Of a DNA stretch of 64,000 nucleotides, positions 43,439 through 52,387 are shown piece after piece. The stretch is taken from contig CAJFTG010000002.1 of the NCBI GenBank assembly GCA_904419875.1, positions 24,039 through 88,038 of the forward strand. Reading direction: 5' to 3'. Source of the DNA: Candidatus Avimonas caecicola. Lineage in GTDB: Bacteria; Bacillota; Clostridia; Oscillospirales; Acutalibacteraceae. A program made the translations under genes and the position numbers. The notes beneath the pieces were generated by a model. It searched no databases, had not been told where the DNA came from, and saw only the letters and a program-made list of their open reading frames with translations. The number at the start of each line of letters is the position of its first letter. The first letter of the stretch is position 1.

Positions 43439-44629
43439 TTATTTGTCGTTGAGGCAGGCGATACCCGGCAGCTCCAGCCCTTCCAGGAATTCCAGCGACG
43501 CGCCGCCGCCGGTGGAGATGTGGGTCATCTTATCCGCGAAGCCGAGCTGCTCCACCGCCGCGGCCGAATCGCCGCCGCCGATGATGGAGATGGCGTCCGA
43601 ATCGGCGATCGCCTTGGCCACCGCGACGGTTCCCTTGGCAAAGGGCGCCATTTCAAACACGCCCATCGGGCCGTTCCAGATGACGGTGCCGGCATCCTTC
43701 ACCGCATCGGCAAAGAGCGCCTGGGTCTTCGGGCCGATGTCCAGGCCCATCCAGCCGTCGTCGATATCGCCTTCGAACACCTTGGTGTTGGCATTGACGT
43801 CAAAGGCGTCCGCCGCCACGTTGTCCATCGGCAGCAGGAACCGGATCCCCTTGGCCTGCGCTTTGGCGAGGATCTCCTTCGCCAGATCCACCTTGTCGGC
43901 CTCAAACTTGGAATCGCCGATCTTGATCCCGCGGGCCGCGTTGAAGGTGTAGGCCATGGCGCCGCCGATAATCAGGGTGTCCACCTTGTCGATCAGGTTG
44001 GTGATCACGCCGATCTTGTCCGAAACCTTGGCTCCGCCCAGAATGGCGACGAACGGGCGCTTCGGATTCTCCAGCGCGCCGCCCATGACCTTGATCTCCT
44101 TCTGGATCAGGTAACCGCAGACGGCGGGCAGGTAATCGGCCACGCCGGCGGTGGAAGCATGGGCGCGGTGTGCGGTGCCGAACGCGTCGTTGACATAGAT
44201 CTCCGCCAGGGAAGCGAGCGCCTTGGCAAAATCGGGATCGTTTTTGGTTTCCTCCTTATAGAAGCGGACGTTCTCGATCACCAGGATCTCGCCGGGCTTG
44301 AGCGCCGCGGCCATCGCGTGAGCCTCGTCCCCGATGATATCGGTGGTGAACTTCACTTCCCGCCCCATCAGCTCGGACAGGCGTTTGGCGACCGGCGCCA
44401 GGGTGCATTTTTTCTTGGACTCCTCGTCCTTGGGGCGGCCGAGGTGGGAGCAGAGGATGACCGCCGCGCCGTGGTCCGCCAGGTACTGGATGGTCGGGAT
44501 CGATTCGCGGATGCGCTTGTCGTCGGTGATGACGCCGTCGGCCAGCGGGACGTTGAAGTCGCAGCGCACCAGCACCTTCTTGCCGTTAACGTCGATGTCT
44601 TCAATGGTCTTTTTGTTCAGGTAGTTCAA
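43439..44629 (-). CDS. pgk: Phosphoglycerate kinase
   Basis: 396 aa. [18 protein letters not shown] and GGGDS motifs. The start codon is a TTG at 44629 (caa on the plus strand), with GGAAAGGG 9 nt upstream. Confidence 0.95.
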   Translation of the reverse strand: MNYLNKKTIEDIDVNGKKVLVRCDFNVPLADGVITDDKRIRESIPTIQYLADHGAAVILCSHLGRPKDEESKKKCTLAPVAKRLSELMGREVKFTTDIIGDEAHAMAAALKPGEILVIENVRFYKEETKNDPDFAKALASLAEIYVNDAFGTAHRAHASTAGVADYLPAVCGYLIQKEIKVMGGALENPKRPFVAILGGAKVSDKIGVITNLIDKVDTLIIGGAMAYTFNAARGIKIGDSKFEADKVDLAKEILAKAQAKGIRFLLPMDNVAADAFDVNANTKVFEGDIDDGWMGLDIGPKTQALFADAVKDAGTVIWNGPMGVFEMAPFAKGTVAVAKAIADSDAISIIGGGDSAAAVEQLGFADKMTHISTGGGASLEFLEGLELPGIACLNDK

Positions 44630-44978
44630 CTACGGACACCCTTTCCTGTTTTGTTAAAAAGTAAACAAGCTCTCTAATAGAATAGTTTATAATAGAATTT
44701 CGTATTTTTCAAGGGGGAGGGTGGAAAAATGCCCCTTCGCACAAAAAAGTGCCGGCGGCCTCCCTGCTCCGCGGGCATTTCTCCTCTTCCGGCCTTCCCT
44801 GCGGGCGGGCCGGGCCCGTCCGGCTCCGGGTTCCCTTCCGGTTTTCACCGGCTTTTGCGGGCTTTGCCTTCGCATTGCCGCCTTGCGCCTTCCCCGCTTT
44901 CCTTCCCTATCCCCCTGCACGGGGGCGGGACGCCCGCTTCCGCGGCCGCCGGGCGGCCGGTTTTCCCCCGATTCGAGG

Positions 44979-45007
44979 TTGACACCGGAAACGCTTTTTT
45001 CTACAAT
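44979..45007 (+). promoter_or_regulatory. Near-consensus sigma-A promoter for the MscS gene
   Basis: TTGACA-17 nt-TACAAT. Confidence 0.6.
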
Positions 45008-45158
45008 GGAAAGGAGGAATACTATCCTTATGCCGTTCGGTTTCTTTTCCTCCCGTGCGGCGGTTTTTTTCCGCACGGGAGCCCTTGCGCCGCAGGACGC
45101 CGCCGGGGAGGCGGCAAAAGCGGCAGAGACGGCAGAAAACGTTGTAGAAAGGATCAAG

Positions 45159-46016
45159 ATGTCTATGGAACAATTGCGCGCGGCCTGGGAATCCTTCGCC
45201 TCGGGGTTCCTCGCCTTCCTTCCCCACCTGCTGCAGGCGGTCATCATCCTGCTGATCGGCTATTTTGTGACCCGGCTCGTCCCGCGGCCCATCAACGCCA
45301 TGCTGAAGCGGACCAACATCGACCCGGTGGCGGTCAAATATATCCTGCGGGTGGTGAGGGTTTCCCTGTGGGTGCTCATCGTGGTGATGGTGCTGGATAA
45401 GATCGGGGTGCCGGTCACCAGCCTGCTCACCGTGCTGGCCGCGGTCGGCGCGGCCGTCGCCCTGGCTATCCGGGACAATCTGGCAAACCTGGCCTCCGGC
45501 GTGGTGCTGCTCTTCACCAAGCCCTTTAAGGCGGGCGACTATGTGGAAATCGGCGACCTGGCAGGCACGGTGACCGAGATCGAACTGATGCAGACCTATC
45601 TGGACACCACGGGAAACATGCGCATTGCGGTGCCCAACACCAAGATGATGACCGAGACCCTGGTCAATTATTCCGCCCATGACATCCGCCGGCAGGACCT
45701 GGTATACTCCATCAGCTACGAAAACGACCTGCTCGCGGCGAAGGCCCTGCTGGCCGGGCTGGTGGAAAATCACCCGCTCGTCCTCAAGGAGCCGGCCCCG
45801 CCCCGGGTGGTGGTTTCCGAGTACGCCGCCTCTTCCGTCAACCTGACGGCGCAGCTCTGGTGCAGCGGCAAGGAGTACTGGAATCTCCGCTTCGACCTTA
45901 ACGAAAAGGTGAAGGCGCTCTTTGACGAAAACGGGATCGTCATCCCCTATAATCAGCTGGATGTACACCTCCGCCCCGCCGACAGCCCGGCAGGCGCCCC
46001 TGCGCCCGAAGAGTAG
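45159..46016 (+). CDS. Small-conductance mechanosensitive channel (MscS family)
   Basis: Preferred ATG at 45159, 5 nt after GAAAGGA, giving 285 aa (the typical size). An alternative in-frame ATG lies at 45030. Three TM helices are followed by the beta-domain motif FTKPFKAGDYVEIGDLAGTVTEIELMQTYL. The ORF-track start at 44721 is low-complexity. Confidence 0.85.
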   Translation: MSMEQLRAAWESFASGFLAFLPHLLQAVIILLIGYFVTRLVPRPINAMLKRTNIDPVAVKYILRVVRVSLWVLIVVMVLDKIGVPVTSLLTVLAAVGAAVALAIRDNLANLASGVVLLFTKPFKAGDYVEIGDLAGTVTEIELMQTYLDTTGNMRIAVPNTKMMTETLVNYSAHDIRRQDLVYSISYENDLLAAKALLAGLVENHPLVLKEPAPPRVVVSEYAASSVNLTAQLWCSGKEYWNLRFDLNEKVKALFDENGIVIPYNQLDVHLRPADSPAGAPAPEE

Positions 46017-46335
46017 GCCGGCGGAACCGGACAGGACCGACCCTGGTCTGCGCCGGTTCGAAGCGGCCGGACCCGATGGGACAGGGAGCTTCCGGGCGGC
46101 GGCAGAGTGGTGACCGGAAAGCGGCTGGGAAGCAGCGGGGAGGCGCCGGCCCTCACGGCGTCCTCCCCTTCGCCCGCTTCATCCGCCGCGGTCCGCCGCC
46201 TTCCCGTCTTTGTTCAAGGGGATGCCCTTTTTTCCACAGGGGAAAAGGAATGCGGGGAAACCCGTTCCGCTTTCCCCCGTTTCACATCGCATTTTATTGC
46301 ACTTTCACCCGTTTCCACTAAGTTTTCAACAATTA

Positions 46336-46370
46336 CGGCCCATTAAGGCGCGTTCCGCCTTAATGGGCCG
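46336..46370. terminator. Hairpin terminator between convergent MscS and glycosyltransferase genes (15-bp perfect stem)
   Basis: cggcccattaaggcg-cgttc-cgccttaatgggccg, with AT-rich flanks on both sides, 25 nt after the minus-strand stop at 46395. Confidence 0.65.
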
Positions 46371-46394
46371 TATAATTATTCGAGAATAATACAA

Positions 46395-48332
46395 TTAGTT
46401 GTATGCTTCGCTGGTTTCGGACGGTTCCACCTGGTAATCCGGCGTGGGGCCGTTTGCCCTTTCTTCCATCACCCGCCGGGTCCGTTCCATCAGCTCCTGC
46501 ACCGCGGCATTGCGGGAAAGGGCGGGATCCGCATACTGCGGCGCACAGATCAGCAGCCGCATACACGGCTTTTTCTTGAACAGACCCAGCAGCGGGCCGG
46601 GGCGGCGGTAGGTCATCACCATCGGCAGGATCGGCCGGCCGGTACGCACCGCTGTAAAAAAGGCGCCGCGGTGGAATTCCCGCAGGGATTCGTGATACCG
46701 CACAAGCTGCCCCTCCGGGTAAAAATGGACGAGATCGCCGCGCAGGACCGCCTCCTCGATCTGGCGCTGAAACTGTACCAGCTCCTTGGGCGTATCCGGG
46801 ATGGGCACGCCGCCGAACAGACGGACCAGCCAGCCGGTAAAGGGCAGGTCCAGGTTCCGGCGCAGGCTGATGAAATACGTCCGCCGGGGAAAGGTAGCGA
46901 GCTTCACCATGGTGCAGTCCATCGGATGGACATGGTTCATCACCGTGACGCCGCCCTCAATCTCCTCCAGATACCGCCGGCCCTCGACTGTAAAGCCGAA
47001 ATACACCGTGTTGATAAGGAACAGCAGCGGGGAGAAAAGGGTGGTGAGGAAGGCAAGCAGCTCCCGCTTCCAGGGGGCGGCGGGGCAATATTCAAATTCG
47101 GCCGACCGCATCTTCTCGGTGTTGGGATGAAGAAGGCGCTTGATTGGCCCCTGGCGGGGATGCCGGTAACCGTGGTCGTGATAATCCTGGATGGCGTCGC
47201 GGTACATCTTTTCCGCTTTTTCCACGCAGGCGCTGACACGGATGCCGTCCCCCACCCGGGCGTATTCCCTCCCCATGTCCGCCCGTTCCTCCGGATGCTC
47301 GATCCAGTAGTCGATCTTTTGGGCGAGGGAATCGGCGTCCCCGGCGCGAAACAGGCTCCGCTCGTCGAGCGCGTACTGGTTGGTGGCGGAGCGTTTGGAA
47401 TCGCTGATGACCGGAACCAGCCCGCAGGCCAGCGCCTCCATGCAGGAAATGCCCTCGATCTCCGCGTCGGAGGCGTGGATATACAGGTCGCAGGCGTTCA
47501 TCAGCTTGACCAGCTCCTCCTGCTCAAAAAAGCCGAAGGACGGCCGGTTGGGAAGCGAGGCGCCCTGCTGGCGGTAATCGGCCTCCTTCGGGCCCCGGCC
47601 GGCAAAAATCAGCTGAATCCTGTCGCGGTACCGGCTCCGCTTCGCCGCCTCGATAATCAGGTCCTGCCGCTTTTCGGCGGAGAGGCGGCCGACCATCAGA
47701 ATCACAAATTTATCCTTGAACGCCGGGGGACGGGCGACCTTCCGCGGGACGAAAGCGTCGTCCACCCCGTTGGAGATGACGCACAGGTTCGCGTCATAGC
47801 CATGCTCCCTGAGCTGGTCCGCGATAAACTGGCTGGGGCAGTGGATATAGGAAAAGCGGTTATAGAATTCCCGGTAGCACCAGCCGTACAGGAAATCGTT
47901 GACCGGGCGGCAGTTGCCCATGCCGATGGTAAAGGTGACGTTTTCCGGCTGCATGTGGAAGGCCGCAACGGTGGGAATATGCATCTGCCGCGCGATCTCC
48001 TCCCCGCGGCGGCAGAAGCGGAACGGCAGGTAAAAATGGACGATATCCGCCCCCTTGAACGCCTGATAATACGCCTCGTCCACCGGGCGGGCAAACTGCA
48101 TGCCCTGGGATTTGATTATCCCGTCCACCAGGGGGAGCCGGTTTTCCGGCGCGCCGACCTTCTTCACGCCGTCCTCCAGCATCCCCGACTCGCCGCAGGC
48201 CAGCACGGTCACGGTATGCCCGCGCTGCTGCAGCTGTTCCGCATAACGGCGGGCGGTCACGGTGGTGCCGTTGTTGCCGCTGTCAAACTGGTCGATTACC
48301 AGCACGATTTTCATGGGTTTCATGGGTTTCAT
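46395..48332 (-). CDS. Fusion protein: N-terminal GT4 glycosyltransferase + C-terminal lysophospholipid/glycerol-3-phosphate-type acyltransferase (PlsC/LPLAT)
   Basis: ATG at 48332 after GGAGGAG, starting MKPMKPMK (3 x 9-bp repeat). The GT-B N-terminus reads KIVLVIDQFDSGNNGTTVTARRYAEQL, with an EX7E-like EIEGISCMEALACGLVPV. The C-terminal half carries acyltransferase motifs NHVHPMD (HX4D), FYPEG and RPILPMV. Confidence 0.8.
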   Translation of the reverse strand: MKPMKPMKIVLVIDQFDSGNNGTTVTARRYAEQLQQRGHTVTVLACGESGMLEDGVKKVGAPENRLPLVDGIIKSQGMQFARPVDEAYYQAFKGADIVHFYLPFRFCRRGEEIARQMHIPTVAAFHMQPENVTFTIGMGNCRPVNDFLYGWCYREFYNRFSYIHCPSQFIADQLREHGYDANLCVISNGVDDAFVPRKVARPPAFKDKFVILMVGRLSAEKRQDLIIEAAKRSRYRDRIQLIFAGRGPKEADYRQQGASLPNRPSFGFFEQEELVKLMNACDLYIHASDAEIEGISCMEALACGLVPVISDSKRSATNQYALDERSLFRAGDADSLAQKIDYWIEHPEERADMGREYARVGDGIRVSACVEKAEKMYRDAIQDYHDHGYRHPRQGPIKRLLHPNTEKMRSAEFEYCPAAPWKRELLAFLTTLFSPLLFLINTVYFGFTVEGRRYLEEIEGGVTVMNHVHPMDCTMVKLATFPRRTYFISLRRNLDLPFTGWLVRLFGGVPIPDTPKELVQFQRQIEEAVLRGDLVHFYPEGQLVRYHESLREFHRGAFFTAVRTGRPILPMVMTYRRPGPLLGLFKKKPCMRLLICAPQYADPALSRNAAVQELMERTRRVMEERANGPTPDYQVEPSETSEAYN

Positions 48333-48471
48333 GGGTTCTCCTCCCCTTCCCTGAGGCGCCGCCGCCAAAATCCGCCCGCAGCCCGCGCCCATGCCCGGCC
48401 GCTCCGGGAAATGCCTTCCCGCGTACCATCCGGGCGCTTCCGGCCGTCCCGCCCCTGTACATGCCGCCGCT

Positions 48472-49062
48472 TCATCCGGCCGGGGCGGCGGCCGCCTGGC
48501 GGGGGCCTTCGATCATTTCGGTCATCAGGGCCCGCACCATCTCCAGATCCTGCTCCCCTTCGAGCAGCAGGTCGCCGATCCCGTTAACCACCACCCGGAT
48601 ATACGCCGCCGGGTAGGGAAGCCGGAGCTCCCCGGCCCGGACGCCCTCCTCCGCCAGTTCCGTCAGCAGGGAGGAAACCACCGATTTCACCCGCACGCTC
48701 ATCCGGCCGATGATCGCGCTTTCCTTGAAGAGCGGGTCGTCCCACTTCCCGCCTACCGCCAACCGGCGGTAGGCGGTGAAGCAGGCGTCCAGAAACGCCT
48801 GGAAGCGTTCGTGAAAGCTCCCCCTGACCGTTCCGATAAAGCGGCGCAGTTCCTCTTCAAACCGGTCGGTCAACCGGACGATTACGGCCTCCACGATCTC
48901 CTTTTTGGAGTGAAAATAGTAATAATACAGTCCCTGGGCAACTCCGACCCGCCGGACGATCTGCTGGACGCTGGTTGCCTCCACCCCTTGTTCATAAAAA
49001 AGCGATTGCGCGGCGTCCAGAAATTCCTGGCGCCGTTCCTCCGGCCGTTTGCTCACCCGCAT
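48472..49062 (-). CDS. TetR/AcrR family transcriptional regulator
   Basis: HTH region RRQEFLDAAQSLFYEQGVEATSVQQIVRRVGVAQGLYYYYFHSKKEI. The ATG at 49062 is preferred; the ORF stays open to a GTG at 49074. Confidence 0.88.
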   Translation of the reverse strand: MRVSKRPEERRQEFLDAAQSLFYEQGVEATSVQQIVRRVGVAQGLYYYYFHSKKEIVEAVIVRLTDRFEEELRRFIGTVRGSFHERFQAFLDACFTAYRRLAVGGKWDDPLFKESAIIGRMSVRVKSVVSSLLTELAEEGVRAGELRLPYPAAYIRVVVNGIGDLLLEGEQDLEMVRALMTEMIEGPRQAAAAPAG

Positions 49063-49170
49063 GGACTTGCCCACCCTTTTGGTCTGTATGAAACCCTGAC
49101 ATGCGTTTTCCTGCCGCCGCGGGCATCGCCGGCGGGCCGCCGGGCAGGGGTGCGGAGGCGTGTTCAGCCG

Positions 49171-49200
49171 TTATCCGGCCTTATCCGGCCTTATCCGGCC
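49171..49200. repeat. 3 x 10-bp tandem repeat (ttatccggcc)
   Basis: Read directly from the sequence, inside the predicted TetR leader. Confidence 0.9.
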
Positions 49201-49270
49201 CTCTTCCCGCCCTGTCCCGCCGCGCAGGCAGCCGCCCGCGTCCGCCAGCTCCCGCGGCGTCTTGTAGCGT

Positions 49271-49300
49271 ATTATACCATGGGCCGAACCGGAGCGTCAA
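49271..49300 (-). promoter_or_regulatory. Sigma-A promoter with extended -10 for the TetR / GT4-acyltransferase operon
   Basis: The minus strand reads TTGACG-18 nt-TATAAT with TGg immediately upstream of the -10 (catggTATAAT). Confidence 0.6.
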
Positions 49301-49302
49301 TA

Positions 49303-49337
49303 CGACTGACTGACATTCAATGAAAAAAAGTCAGTCG
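49303..49337. promoter_or_regulatory. Inverted repeat abutting the -35 element, candidate TetR operator
   Basis: CGACTGAC-(19 nt, A/T-rich)-GTCAGTCG. It lies directly upstream of the -35 TTGACG on the minus strand. Confidence 0.45.
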
Positions 49338-49440
49338 CACGGTGTGACCAACAAATTCTCCCCTTCCTCCTCCGCGTTGGAGAGGGCGGAACCCTCTCCA
49401 TGAGAACATGAAGCGGGCCTCCTCCTTGAGGCAGGGGTGA

Positions 49441-49476
49441 GGGCGGGAGTAAGGGCGGGAGTAAGGGCGGGAGTGA
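49441..49476. repeat. 3 x 12-bp tandem repeat (gggcgggagtaa, third copy gggcgggagtga) within a purine-rich block
   Basis: Read directly from the sequence. Confidence 0.9.
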
Positions 49477-50104
49477 GGACGGGGGTGGGAGGGGGAGCGA
49501 GGGCGGGAGATGCCCGCCGCATCCATTCCCTCCCCGCGCTGTGCCGCCGCCCGGTGTACCTGCCATGATCTCCGGGGCCAATATGCCGCCGTCGGCTTGC
49601 GTGCCGGTGGCTGGCAGGCACGATCGCGGATGCCTCCGTCGGCCGGGAGCCGAGGGGACGGGCGCTTGGGGGCATGGGGACATGGGCACACGGCGGAGGT
49701 ATCGCCCGGCGCCCGATGCCCCGACCATGCGAAACGCCGCCGCCCACGCCGGCGAACAGGCCGGCCCGGCTTTGGTGCATTCGGAAACCAAAACGGGGAT
49801 AATCAAACCCACAAATAAACGAGTGGTTTGCGCAGACCCCGGAGGGGCCAGTACCTGCCGACCCCTGGGAAGGGTACTGAAAATAATCATCGCATCGCTT
49901 GCCCTGCTGCTGGTAAACCAGCTCTCTTTGGTATTCCATAGCATCGCGAAAGGGATGCTTTTCACGAGCATCCCCGCGTTCCTTTCCGAACCTCCGTACC
50001 GTTCTTTCTCTTTGGAAGGACAATCGATCTTTTTCCTTTTTTTGCCAAGGCTTGTTATCTACCCGATCTACTCCTGGTAGAACCAGGCGTTTTGTTTTGC
50101 TTTA

Positions 50105-50148
50105 AGAAAAAACAGGATGTATAATTGTTAAAAATTATACATCCTGTT
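50105..50148 (-). terminator. Classical Rho-independent terminator overlapping the stop codon of 50135..50947
   Basis: The minus strand reads AACAGGATGTATAATT-tttaac-AATTATACATCCTGTT followed by TTTTCTT. The stem is 16 bp and perfect, and the TAA stop lies in the 5' arm. Confidence 0.85.
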
Positions 50149-50947
50149 CCCTTTGCGCCTCATCCGCCGCGTGGGGCCTGTTCTCCGGACGCCGATAAAG
50201 GTAGGCACGGCCGCGTTTTCCTTCCCGTATAATTGCACCGATCATATACAAAACATTGACAACCTGCCCCGCCCTCTTTGGGGAAAGACGGAGCGCGGCC
50301 CCGACATCGGCAACGGTAAAGCTTTCCGGGAGAGCGGGCGGGAGAAGCCCGGCAAAGTCAGCCGGTGAACGGAGCGTTTCCTCCCCTGCCAGGGCGGAGG
50401 GGATCCGCTCCACCCGGCAGGCCCCCTTTTTCCGGTCGCGGCTCCAGCCGTTGAGCAGCCTGTACTCCTCCATATCCAGATATACCAGCCGGATTGTCAG
50501 ATCCGCCTTGCCCTCCCCCGCCGCCTTCAGCGCATCGCGGATATAATAAAGCTCCCGGAAGGCGTCCCAGACCGTGCCGGTTTTCGGAGATTTGCGGGGA
50601 GCGGATGCCTCCCCGCTTTCCGGATCCACCCAGATCAGCCGCTTGGTCCGGGCGATGGGATGCAGGATCGTCACCGGGTAGGCCGGCAGCAGCCGGGCCA
50701 GCTTGGGCCGCAGTTTGCTGAAGCCGCGGGTCTGGATTTCGGTGACCCTCTCCCCGTCGTACAGGTCGGCGATCAGGCGGCAGGGCAGAGCCACCTCGTG
50801 GTGGCTCTCGTCGGGATCGGCCCAGTATTTCAAAATCGCGTGCAGGCTGCGCTCCCGCAGGGTGCCGATGGCCGCCCTTCCCGGCGGCGGGGTCCCCCGC
50901 ATCCGGCCGAGGGCGCGGGCTTTCGCCTCCTGAAAGCGGTCGCTCAT
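50135..50947 (-). CDS. Conserved hypothetical protein; possible PD-(D/E)XK-like N-terminal core and C-terminal winged-helix
   Basis: 270 aa. The ATG overlaps the upstream TGA (ATGA at 50944..50947). IADLYDGERVTEIQTRGFSKL resembles a D...E-x-Q/K nuclease-fold motif. The C-terminus (VADVGAALRLSPKRAGQVVNVLYMIGAIIREGKRGRAYLY) looks wHTH-like. The function is unknown. Confidence 0.6.
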   Translation of the reverse strand: MSDRFQEAKARALGRMRGTPPPGRAAIGTLRERSLHAILKYWADPDESHHEVALPCRLIADLYDGERVTEIQTRGFSKLRPKLARLLPAYPVTILHPIARTKRLIWVDPESGEASAPRKSPKTGTVWDAFRELYYIRDALKAAGEGKADLTIRLVYLDMEEYRLLNGWSRDRKKGACRVERIPSALAGEETLRSPADFAGLLPPALPESFTVADVGAALRLSPKRAGQVVNVLYMIGAIIREGKRGRAYLYRRPENRPHAADEAQREQDV

Positions 50948-51720
50948 CCCTTTTGGACGGCGGCCGGCGCCATAAAGAGCTGCGCTTCAAAACAGCGGCG
51001 GCCATCCGGCAGGTCGCCGGCCACCCAGTGCGGGAAGGCTTCCCCCTCGGCGCCGACGCCGGCCCGCAGGGCCAGCGCCTCCCCTTCCGTCGCTTCATGC
51101 ACAAAGGCGATGGAGTATTCCAGCACCTGCCGGCCTTCCATGCCGCCCGGCAGCGCGTCGCACGCGATGTCGGCATACACCGCATTGTTGAGGTGCCCGT
51201 TGCAGTCGATATCCGACCAGCGCACCCGCCGCTCCCCGGCGGGGGACAGGGTGTCGGGCAGCTTCCATTTCGCGGGGTCAGGGCAGTCTCCCCGCCGTTG
51301 AGGCTGTTCCCTCAGGCCGAACTGCTCAAACACCGTGGGCCGCAGAAGCCGGTGGTTTTCCACACCCACCAGGGCAAAGGCGGTAACGCTGTCGATCAGG
51401 GAACGGCCCTCCCCGTCCAGGAACTGGTAACAGCGGTAAAACCGCGGCCCATGGGAATCCCGGTGCCAGGTGCGCAGCCGCACAGCCTCTCCCATCACCG
51501 GCGCCCGCAAGATCCGGCTGCGGGTACGGGTCAGGACAAACGCCATGCCGCGGCGGTACAGCTCCTCATACCCCAGCCCCCCGGCGGAAAGGTGGAGTTC
51601 CCCCACCTCCTGCTGCAGCTTGAGCTGGCTGGACAGGCGGAGCCGGCGGTCCGGCCCGGTTTCGAAGGAATTGATCCGGATTTCCCAGGTATAATCGGGG
51701 GCAATTGGATAGGCGTCCAT
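50944..51720 (-). CDS. Acyl-ACP thioesterase family protein
   Basis: The ATG at 51720 (MDAYPIAPDYTWEIRINSFETGPDRRLRLSSQLKLQQEVGELH...) has the double hot-dog layout. The second-half motif RVRWSDIDCNGHLNNAVY is typical of FatA/B-like bacterial thioesterases. Confidence 0.8.
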   Translation of the reverse strand: MDAYPIAPDYTWEIRINSFETGPDRRLRLSSQLKLQQEVGELHLSAGGLGYEELYRRGMAFVLTRTRSRILRAPVMGEAVRLRTWHRDSHGPRFYRCYQFLDGEGRSLIDSVTAFALVGVENHRLLRPTVFEQFGLREQPQRRGDCPDPAKWKLPDTLSPAGERRVRWSDIDCNGHLNNAVYADIACDALPGGMEGRQVLEYSIAFVHEATEGEALALRAGVGAEGEAFPHWVAGDLPDGRRCFEAQLFMAPAAVQKG

Positions 51721-51757
51721 AAAATTCAACTCTCCGTATATTAGTGAAAATTTATTC

Positions 51758-52240
51758 TCACTGTTCCCCGCTGTCCGGCAGCTTGCAGACATCCACCCAG
51801 CCGCGGCTGCGGGAATAGGCCGCCAGCTCCTCCGTCGTCAGCCGGATGGCCGAATTGCTGCTGCCACAGGCAGGGTACACGATTTTCTGTGCGAGCAGGG
51901 AGCGGTCAAGATACACCGGCACATCCTCCGGCAGGGCGAAGGGACAGACGCCGCCCACCGCATGGCCGGTCAGCTCCAGCGCGCGGTCGGGAGGAAGCAT
52001 CCGGGCCTTCATGCCGAAGGCGGCCTTGAATTTGGCGTTGTCAATGCGCGCGTTGCCCGCGGCCACCACCAGGAGGCAGCCGTCCTCCCGGACAAAGGAT
52101 AGGGTTTTGGCAATCTGCGCGGGCTTGGTGTGCAGCGCCTCGGCCGCCAGCTCCACGGTAGCGCTGGAAACCGGAAATTCCAAAACATCGTTCTCCCGCC
52201 CCCATTGGGCGAGGTACTCCCTGACCGCTTCTATGGACAT
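51758..52240 (-). CDS. YbaK/ProX-type aminoacyl-tRNA deacylase domain protein
   Basis: 160 aa. IAKTLSF...LVVAAGNARIDNAKFKAAFG...LTGHAVGGVCPF...VYLDRSL pattern of YbaK/EbsC family proteins. Confidence 0.8.
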   Translation of the reverse strand: MSIEAVREYLAQWGRENDVLEFPVSSATVELAAEALHTKPAQIAKTLSFVREDGCLLVVAAGNARIDNAKFKAAFGMKARMLPPDRALELTGHAVGGVCPFALPEDVPVYLDRSLLAQKIVYPACGSSNSAIRLTTEELAAYSRSRGWVDVCKLPDSGEQ

Positions 52241-52387
52241 AGCCTTCCTCTTCCTTCCGCTTTGTTTTCAACATTTTCCGGGGAAACGGGGGAAAACCGT
52301 CCCGGCCGCTTCCCGCCTCCTGCCGGCGGCCGGACAGGAGGGCCGTCTGCCCGGTCGATGCCCCGGCCCGCGGGGTCCGGCTCCCGA

